Shown here piece by piece: positions 46,867 to 53,517 of a DNA stretch of 53,660 nt; within the stretch, counting starts at the first letter, position 1, and every line of letters begins with the position of its first letter. Source of the stretch: a virus. Both the position numbers and the translations under genes were made by a program. The stretch is taken from the IMG/VR virus record IMGVR_UViG_3300045988_169069. One strand, given 5' to 3'. Below the pieces are notes generated by a model, which searched no databases, had not been told where the DNA came from, and worked only from the letters and a program-made list of their open reading frames with translations.

Positions 46867-47547
46867 ATGAACATAGCTTATAAAAATGCAACAGAAGCCT
46901 TTGAAGATTTATACGGCTTTATAATGGGCCAAGGCATATACACCAATGTTGGAACAAAAGCAGTTTACAACGTTGGCTTTTATCTACTCAATCCAGAGCA
47001 AAGAGTTATAACTACTGAGTGGCGCAAATTCAGTGAGAAATATGCAGAAAGAGAATTTGCTTGGTATATGTCAGGAGACAGGAGTGTAGAAAACATTAAG
47101 AAGTATGCTCCCATATGGGATAAAATGCATGGTGGTGATAACATAGTTAATTCTAATTATGGTTATCAATGGATGCGTAATGGCCAATTAGAAAAATGCA
47201 TAAAACAGCTCAAAGAAAATAAGAATACACGCCAAGCTTGGCTTACCATATTCGATGGCAAAGAGAAGGATGACTATATGTATGATACACCGTGCACACT
47301 ATCAATTGGCTTTGATATTAAACCGCAGATTGGAACATTAGATATGTGTGTTACAATGCGTTCAAATGATTTGGTATATGGCTTTTGTAATGACCAATAT
47401 TGTTTCACAAAATTGCAGAAAATGGTGGCTGATGAGCTTGGCGTGCCAATAGGTACATATTACCATTTTGCTCATGATTTGCATATTTACAGAAAGCATT
47501 TTGATATGATAGAAAAGTTTTACGGTAAAAGATACGATAAATTATGA
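46867..47547 (+). CDS. ThyA-fold pyrimidine hydroxymethylase/methylase-like enzyme, paralogue 2 (dCMP-hydroxymethylase-like)
   Basis: NSNYGYQW, NTRQA, catalytic-Cys motif DTPCTLSIGF, and MRSNDLVYGFCND aligning gap-free to ThyA RSCDVFLGLPFN with Asp at the Asn177 position. ORF-track start 46852 is a non-ATG codon; the ATG at 46867 gives MNIAYK. Confidence 0.75.
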   Translation: MNIAYKNATEAFEDLYGFIMGQGIYTNVGTKAVYNVGFYLLNPEQRVITTEWRKFSEKYAEREFAWYMSGDRSVENIKKYAPIWDKMHGGDNIVNSNYGYQWMRNGQLEKCIKQLKENKNTRQAWLTIFDGKEKDDYMYDTPCTLSIGFDIKPQIGTLDMCVTMRSNDLVYGFCNDQYCFTKLQKMVADELGVPIGTYYHFAHDLHIYRKHFDMIEKFYGKRYDKL

Positions 47548-47735
47548 AAAAGAGTTTAAAAATATTATGGTTAATACTGGGCTTTTTATATTGTCCAGTA
47601 TATTTTATGTGTATAGTAATGCATTTTGTAGCTAGAATCATACTAGCAATATGCTACTTTGGCATGTTTGAAAAAAGAATGGCAATTGATATATTAAACA
47701 ATTTATTTAGCAAATATGGAAGAAGAATCAAATAA
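47544..47735 (+). CDS. Small membrane protein
   Basis: 63 aa with two hydrophobic segments (ILWLILGFLYCPVYFMCIVMHFVARIILAICYF) and an ATGA overlap. Confidence 0.5.
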   Translation: MKKSLKILWLILGFLYCPVYFMCIVMHFVARIILAICYFGMFEKRMAIDILNNLFSKYGRRIK

Positions 47736-48624
47736 CCTATCGAACGAAGAGCTAGCTAAATTCGTAGACGAAATAGAAAATGATGACCAAGACTACGATG
47801 AAAGCGTAGCAGAAAGCATACGTAGAATACAATACGAAGAAATGCTACAAAATGATTTGCTTCCTGAAGAGATGATGAATGATAGGGCTTGGGGCTATAC
47901 AAGAAGAGCTCAACGGGATGAAAACAATGAAATCAAACGTGACGAATCAGGAAAGCCTTTGATAGAATTCAAGCCTGTTACTTATACAGAAAAAAGAGCA
48001 GAGTGGGACCATACAGTCTCTGTTTGGAAAAAAGCAAGAGAAAATAAACGGCTAGAAATAAAAAGACGCAAGCTTGAAATTCAAAAAGAAGCCCTCAATT
48101 CTGAGTTCATAAATATATATTCTAAACTTGAAGTGGAGCATAAAAAACTGCTAATCAAGCTCCTTACTGATGAATATTCAAAAGTAATGGTTAGAAGTGA
48201 GGCTTTTATCAACAGGCGTGTAGAAGCTTTATTAAAGAATTATATTCCTGTAAGCTTGAGAAGATGTTTTGCGCAATACAGAGAAGCATTTATTGTGAAT
48301 CCTGGATTTTTATACATTGCAAGCGAAGAATATGGTGAAGGCAAATCTATATGGGTCACTCCTAAATTACCGTATTATTTTACGCAAGGAACTGAACTAG
48401 GAATACTTAAAGAAAACGAAGCATTTTATCTATTTAAGATAGATAAAGCAGTAGTTCAATTCCATACAGCGAAAGACATGCTTTCCAAACGTGAATTGCA
48501 ATATGCAGTTAAGCTAAGAGACATAAGAACGTTTTATCAGTTAGCTAACAAAATGCCATTTTGGTATGATACATTAGTACAAGAATTGAAAAGGCAAGCT
48601 GATGAGAAACAAAATGGCGTATAA
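47716..48624 (+). CDS. Hypothetical protein (acidic N-terminus, basic/coiled middle)
   Basis: 302-aa ORF, the last plus-strand gene, followed by a bidirectional terminator. Confidence 0.55.
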   Translation: MEEESNNLSNEELAKFVDEIENDDQDYDESVAESIRRIQYEEMLQNDLLPEEMMNDRAWGYTRRAQRDENNEIKRDESGKPLIEFKPVTYTEKRAEWDHTVSVWKKARENKRLEIKRRKLEIQKEALNSEFINIYSKLEVEHKKLLIKLLTDEYSKVMVRSEAFINRRVEALLKNYIPVSLRRCFAQYREAFIVNPGFLYIASEEYGEGKSIWVTPKLPYYFTQGTELGILKENEAFYLFKIDKAVVQFHTAKDMLSKRELQYAVKLRDIRTFYQLANKMPFWYDTLVQELKRQADEKQNGV

Positions 48625-48625
48625 G

Positions 48626-48658
48626 AAAATAGGCTAAGAAATCGTCTTAGCCTATTTT
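48626..48658. terminator. Bidirectional rho-independent terminator between convergent genes
   Basis: Perfect 14-bp stem AAAATAGGCTAAGA / TCTTAGCCTATTTT with a 5-nt loop. A/T runs on both sides. Confidence 0.75.
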
Positions 48659-48689
48659 AATTTTTAATCTGGGAAGTATTGCTGGGGGC

Positions 48690-49136
48690 CTAAACTGCTA
48701 TTTTCTTGGTTTTCCAAAGTGGATATAAACCACCTCTTTCAGTAAGTACCTGAGGCTTACCGAAATCATTTATCTGCACACTGCATATCTCTTCACCAAA
48801 TGGCTCTTTTGTTGGATTGTAGAATCTTATCTTAACATTGTTTGAATCAATCCAATGTATTTGCAAAGTCCATCCACCAAATACCTCTAATTCCTCTTCA
48901 TAGACCCAATCATCTTTTACATATGGGACAAAGGTAGCTTCTATCAAGCCTTCATTTTCTACAGCTTCCCAATTATCTTCTATATAGAAGTTACTAGAAA
49001 ACATTTTGGATATCTCATTTGCTTCTTCTAAATTATCATCATCTAATGGCTCTTCGCCATAGTATAGATAATAGAAAGCATCATTGGATATCTGCATAAC
49101 TTGTTTCTGCGAATAATCTAATCTAAAATTTGCCAT
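48690..49136 (-). CDS. Hypothetical protein
   Basis: 148-aa ORF on the minus strand, acidic. Confidence 0.55.
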   Translation of the reverse strand: MANFRLDYSQKQVMQISNDAFYYLYYGEEPLDDDNLEEANEISKMFSSNFYIEDNWEAVENEGLIEATFVPYVKDDWVYEEELEVFGGWTLQIHWIDSNNVKIRFYNPTKEPFGEEICSVQINDFGKPQVLTERGGLYPLWKTKKIAV

Positions 49137-49138
49137 AG

Positions 49139-49453
49139 CTATTTGTTTGATTTGAATTCAATATATTCTGCTTTCAATGAATCTTGCACCAAATCAAATA
49201 AATATGTGTTGCCAGTTTTTACACCAGTTATAACAAGATTAAGCTGAGCGCCTTTTTGCATAATAGCAGCATCAACTGCTTTTTTATTTGATTCAGCATA
49301 TTTAGCTGATGCATCTAGTGTTTTTCTCAACTCTGTAATTTGTTTTTGCTGTTCTTTAACTTTACTTTTTAAATCTATTAATTCATTGGACTGAATTAAA
49401 ATCATTAAATAAAAAAGCACATCGACAATCGTCTTCAAAATTTTCGTATTCAT
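49139..49453 (-). CDS. Membrane-anchored coiled-coil protein
   Basis: 104 aa with N-terminal TM segment IVDVLFYLMILI followed by a coiled coil. Confidence 0.55.
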   Translation of the reverse strand: MNTKILKTIVDVLFYLMILIQSNELIDLKSKVKEQQKQITELRKTLDASAKYAESNKKAVDAAIMQKGAQLNLVITGVKTGNTYLFDLVQDSLKAEYIEFKSNK

Positions 49454-49946
49454 AACTTTAAAATTTTAATCTGGGGAAGTATAGCAGCCATTTTTGCCCA
49501 GTAATATTCCAGGAAAACTTTCTAGCTTTTATTATTCACAGATGGTTGTACACAATTTTTACCATACAATAGCTCACATTTATTCACTGTTATTTAATGT
49601 ATATACACAACAGTTAATTTTACAAGCTATTGTAAATTATTTCTCACTGTAAATCTAATAAAAAATATTGATTTTATCAAATTAATTTCTGTTAAATAAA
49701 TTGTTCATTTATATAAATTACGTGAATACAATAGATGCTTATTTTCTCATTACTAATATATCGATTTATTAAACATGGATGTGCTTTCTTTCATCGTGGC
49801 TTAGCTATAACGACTAAAACGATGAGTTAATCGTTAATCATATAAAGCTATCTCAGAATAGCCTAGAATAGTCTATATTTTTTACTATACATAAAACAGT
49901 ATTTGATTCATGTATAGCATATAGCTTATATAATCAGCGAGAATAT

Positions 49947-50035
49947 TATTTTAGGCTACTCTGAAGCATTATACATAACTAGCATTTATTAAAAATCGCC
50001 TCGTATTGCTTAATGCCTCAGAGTAGCCTAAAATA
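49947..50035. repeat. Large inverted repeat built from two copies of the 17-nt motif
   Basis: TATTTTAGGCTACTCTGAAGCATTA (49947-49971) and TAATGCCTCAGAGTAGCCTAAAATA (50011-50035) are reverse complements with one mismatch. The spacer is AT-rich. Confidence 0.8.
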
Positions 50036-50160
50036 GCAGATTCATATAATCAATATTATGTTTAATCGCATGGTACAAACAATAAAAAAAGCCTGACTTC
50101 ATAGCCAAGCTTTTTTCAGACTTTATAACAATAATCTTAGAATAAAGAATTGAGAATGAC

Positions 50161-51303
50161 TTATTCAGCAGAGTCGGCAGAGTTCTCTTCTGCAGCAGTT
50201 TCTTCTTCAGCTGTAACAGCATTTTCTTCAGCTGTAAGATATTTTTTTAATTCTTCTTGTGCTTTCTCAAGTGCAGCTTTGCGTTTTTCAAATGCTTCTT
50301 GTGCTTTCTCAAGTGCTCTTTTGGCTATTTCAAGAGACTTTTCAGCCAATTCAACTTTCTGTGCTGGTGTTAATGCATTGCGCTCAGCAGCAGCGCTTCT
50401 GCGTTCACAGAATGTTTTATTGATAGCAGAACCTTCTTCATCGAATTCATCTTCGATTTTCAAGTCCTCACATGTAGAGACTTTGTGTGCATATTTTTTA
50501 CTTGCTTTAGCTGCAATTTCTTCTTCAGTCTGGTCTATCAAGACACGCAACAGAATGCGCTTTCCGCGTTTGTCAGGTACCAATGATACGATACGGCCAC
50601 TTTCAATAGTCTTTTCTTCATTCTCGTCATCACGTTTAATCATTGAGAATTTCGGATAGCTTACTTTTTTACCAACCAATGGGATGAATTTAGCTACTTC
50701 AGCTTCGATTTCTTCTGGCAACCAATCAGCCTTGTCAATGCTAGTAGCATTCGGGTCTTTAGCTTTTCTGCCTCTTGAAGCTTTCTGAATCTCTACAACT
50801 TCGTCAGAAATTTTCAGTAATTTGGAATCATGTACTTTTACGATTCTACGGCCGTCGTCTGTCTTAATGGCCAAAAGAACTTTGTTTGAGCGCTTGTCTT
50901 CGATTACTCCGCATACAGTACCATTGACAAATTCGATAGTATTGAACGGAACAACTTGACATCTGTGGCCTACTGCTTCAGCTTTCAGCTTTTCTGCCAA
51001 TTCAGTGCGCTCTTTGTCAGACATCTTTTTTGCTTTTCCACCGTCATTGTCAGTTTTTCCGGCATACATTGGATTGATGCCACCATTTGCTTCAGCTGCT
51101 TCGATAGCTGCTTTTTCTTCATCTGAGAGTTCAGCATTTTCAGTCTCAACTTCATCATTTTCAGCTACATCTGTCTTAGGCTGCAAAGCCGCCGCACGCT
51201 TTTCTAAAACTTCATTGATTTTTACTTTATCTTCCTCAGAAGCAGTTTCTAACAATGCTGTAAGTCTCTTTGTTGTCATCTGTGAAAAATTCTTTGTTGC
51301 CAT
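50161..51303 (-). CDS. Acidic protein with an internally duplicated beta-rich domain and C-terminal coiled coil
   Basis: 380 aa. Segments VGHRCQVVPFNTIEFVNGTVCGVIEDKRSNKVLLAIKTDDGRRIVKVHD and VGKKVSYPKF...ESGRIVSLVPDKRGKRILLRVLID look paralogous. The tail is KRALEKAQEAFEKRKAALEKAQEELKK, the termini are very acidic, and two promoter-like boxes lie upstream. Confidence 0.65.
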   Translation of the reverse strand: MATKNFSQMTTKRLTALLETASEEDKVKINEVLEKRAAALQPKTDVAENDEVETENAELSDEEKAAIEAAEANGGINPMYAGKTDNDGGKAKKMSDKERTELAEKLKAEAVGHRCQVVPFNTIEFVNGTVCGVIEDKRSNKVLLAIKTDDGRRIVKVHDSKLLKISDEVVEIQKASRGRKAKDPNATSIDKADWLPEEIEAEVAKFIPLVGKKVSYPKFSMIKRDDENEEKTIESGRIVSLVPDKRGKRILLRVLIDQTEEEIAAKASKKYAHKVSTCEDLKIEDEFDEEGSAINKTFCERRSAAAERNALTPAQKVELAEKSLEIAKRALEKAQEAFEKRKAALEKAQEELKKYLTAEENAVTAEEETAAEENSADSAE

Positions 51304-51342
51304 AGTTTTTAATTTTTAATGTTATTAATTATTTTGATATTG

Positions 51343-51350
51343 CAAATATA
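51343..51350 (-). promoter_or_regulatory. -7 box TAtaTTTG (minus strand) upstream of 51303 start
   Basis: The plus strand reads CAAATATA; the reverse complement is TATATTTG, about 40 nt upstream of the start codon. Confidence 0.45.
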
Positions 51351-51427
51351 TCTGTTTCTGTTGAACTACGAAAATATTTAAGAACTTTTTTCTGTTAAAT
51401 AATGTTTATGATATCTGTTCTTATATC

Positions 51428-51451
51428 TTTTATGTTCACGTTGCAAATATA
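51428..51451 (-). promoter_or_regulatory. Conserved minus-strand promoter element (TATATTTGCAACGTGAACATAAAA)
   Basis: 20-mer TTTTATGTTCACGTTGCAAA (plus-strand reading) shares 18/20 nt with 52861-52880. It includes a TAtaTTTG box on the minus strand. Confidence 0.5.
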
Positions 51452-51516
51452 TATGTTTTCTGATTATATGACTGTTAATTAGCTGTTAATTTTTCTTGCT
51501 ACTTTGTTATCTAATG

Positions 51517-51783
51517 TTAAAAGCATTCTCTGAACGGGCCGAGCATTCCTATAGAAGTCAGTTCATATTCATTCTGCATGCCTGTATTGATGAGCCAATT
51601 TGCTATTTCTGATTTGCTCAATTGACTTTCACATGCAGTTATTATCAATGTATCGCTCAATTCATAAGATATGATTGCAGCACCTGAAATAGCCTCTATG
51701 AAGTTCTCGATTATATTTAGGTTTTCTGTAGTCGCTTCAAATTGCAACCTATATACATGCACGTATGTGTTTACTTTTTTCAT
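51517..51783 (-). CDS. Hypothetical protein
   Basis: 88-aa ORF with a 4-nt overlap to the upstream minus-strand gene. Confidence 0.5.
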   Translation of the reverse strand: MKKVNTYVHVYRLQFEATTENLNIIENFIEAISGAAIISYELSDTLIITACESQLSKSEIANWLINTGMQNEYELTSIGMLGPFRECF

Positions 51784-51962
51784 AGCTTTATATTTTTATG
51801 AATGTTTGTCAATATTATATTGCTAATCATTACCAGAACTGCAGAGACTGCCAAGGTAAAGAGATAGATATTCTGGGTGCTACCTGTCGTGCCCATCAAA
51901 CCAATTAATGATATGATTACTAGAATCATTCCCGCGTTGCCTAAAACTATTGCTTTTTTCAT
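51780..51962 (-). CDS. Small two-TM membrane protein
   Basis: 60 aa: GMILVIISLIGLMG and FTLAVSAVLVMISNIIL. Confidence 0.5.
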   Translation of the reverse strand: MKKAIVLGNAGMILVIISLIGLMGTTGSTQNIYLFTLAVSAVLVMISNIILTNIHKNIKL

Positions 51963-52020
51963 GATTTTTTCTATATTGCGCAGGACTTTCGCCCTGCTGG
52001 TTGAACTTATCTTTTAATTG

Positions 52021-52830
52021 TTATATAATTAAGAACTTATCGAATCCTTTGATACAATTGGCTTGAGACTTTCTAACGATTTCTACTTCGCGCTTTATGA
52101 TATATCTTCTGTAATCATCTATGAAGCACATGAAGTATACTTTATCTGATTCTTTGCTATATACGAATGCTATATTTTCAAAGAATACTTCATAACGGTT
52201 TTTCCATACTATAACACTTTTAATCGCACCTTGCGCAAACGGCATATAACAGCTATAATGCTTTTTTATATGCAACTTAATCAATGCTATCGACGCAAAC
52301 ACTTTTCTCTTCTCATCTTCATTTGCATCACATATGATAGACATTAATTCAGCACTACTAGCAAATCTTATATCATGGCTACAGTTTCTGATGAGTTCTT
52401 CTCTGCTGACATATTTGATATGCTTTTTAACCTTATTTTCGCTGGGAAGTACGGGAGCTACTTCCTCTTGATTATTTTCCTTGTTAAACACATAGTATAC
52501 AGTTACATACCCAAGGTCTGATACAAATATGAACTGCATGCCAGATATATTTATCATATACACTTTACTATCATCACATATTCTATAACCTAATTCTTTA
52601 GCCGTGTATAATCTATCATAGCCACCGTACAACAGCAATGCTTTATATGCATCTTCGTATGCTACTTCTTCAATCATATCGTCGACTGTACGACACACAT
52701 CTATACATGCACCTACACATGCCTTGAGATTAACTCTTTTACCTGTAGTAGAGCCATATATTTCAATTGCACTGTTGTATTGCTCTAATAACTCAAATGC
52801 TTTTTTACTACTGATTCTTTTTGCTTCCAT
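52021..52830 (-). CDS. Hypothetical protein (first gene of the minus-strand block)
   Basis: 269-aa ORF; no recognisable motif. Confidence 0.55.
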   Translation of the reverse strand: MEAKRISSKKAFELLEQYNSAIEIYGSTTGKRVNLKACVGACIDVCRTVDDMIEEVAYEDAYKALLLYGGYDRLYTAKELGYRICDDSKVYMINISGMQFIFVSDLGYVTVYYVFNKENNQEEVAPVLPSENKVKKHIKYVSREELIRNCSHDIRFASSAELMSIICDANEDEKRKVFASIALIKLHIKKHYSCYMPFAQGAIKSVIVWKNRYEVFFENIAFVYSKESDKVYFMCFIDDYRRYIIKREVEIVRKSQANCIKGFDKFLII

Positions 52831-52860
52831 AATTCTAAGTTTTAATTGTTATATATGTTG

Positions 52861-52880
52861 TTTTATGTTCACATTGCTAA
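52861..52880 (-). promoter_or_regulatory. Second copy of the conserved minus-strand promoter element
   Basis: TTTTATGTTCACATTGCTAA, 31-50 nt upstream of the start codon at 52830. The minus strand reads TTAGCAATGTGAACATAAAA. Confidence 0.45.
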
Positions 52881-53137
52881 AGTACAGCATATTCGCGACA
52901 TATAAAAATTTATTTGCATTATTTTATGATTTAGGCGATAATAAGCATATAATTAACAGGAATTTACAGTTTCCGCTTATATGGCGAATTTGTTAATGCT
53001 TATTATACATTTTGTGAATCATATTTATGGGAAAATACTTTCAAGTGTCAAACCAATAATTATGCATGTACACGCCATAATAGTATATGCAATATTTGGC
53101 TATAATTATACGTCGTGAGCTATTTTAGGTTATCTGG

Positions 53138-53178
53138 ACAAACCAAAATTGTGAGCACAATATAACTATTTGGTTTGT
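53138..53178. repeat. Nested palindrome (ACAAACCAAA ... TTTGGTTTGT with inner ATTGTG/CACAAT)
   Basis: 10-bp perfect outer arms at 53138-53147 / 53169-53178. The inner 6-bp arms flank AGC. Confidence 0.7.
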
Positions 53179-53388
53179 TACAATTGTACAAGAGAACAGA
53201 ATTTGATATACGAAAATTATCTTGGTTAATATGTGTTTATCATTATAGATGTTTAACTATCATGCCACTTTGGCATACTGCCTAATTGACTTTTTGAAAT
53301 GTCGACATCCGAAAGTTAATTTGGTTAAATAATGTTGTGAAGAATTATGCTTGTGAGCATGTTTGCCTGATTGCAGGAGTGCTATATC

Positions 53389-53432
53389 GCTTATAACCAA
53401 ATGTTATAGCTCGATAACTTTTAGTTATAAGC
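53389..53432. repeat. Nested palindrome (GCTTATAAC ... GTTATAAGC with inner GTTAT/ATAAC)
   Basis: 9-bp perfect outer arms at 53389-53397 / 53424-53432. Confidence 0.7.
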
Positions 53433-53517
53433 AGCAAGGCAGACAGCCAAAATTCACTGATGCAAACAATCATTAACAATAATCTTTATTATGTTAAAAG
53501 GCTTTCTAGTATCATGA

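Noticed and set aside
50150-50659. 169-aa plus-strand ORF rich in Ser/Ala/Phe
   Set aside because: It is the antisense shadow of the acidic/coiled-coil coding sequence of 50161-51303. It has a low-complexity composition and no independent start context.
51977-52000. GCAGG...CCTGC hairpin between minus-strand genes 52021 and 51962 as a terminator
   Set aside because: It is only a 5-bp stem with no T-run on the minus strand after it, and the genes appear co-transcribed.
52724-52996. 90-aa plus-strand ORF across the 52830 start region
   Set aside because: Half of it is antisense to the 52021-52830 gene. The rest lies in AT-rich promoter sequence, and its composition is hydrophobic and low-complexity, typical of AT-rich noise.
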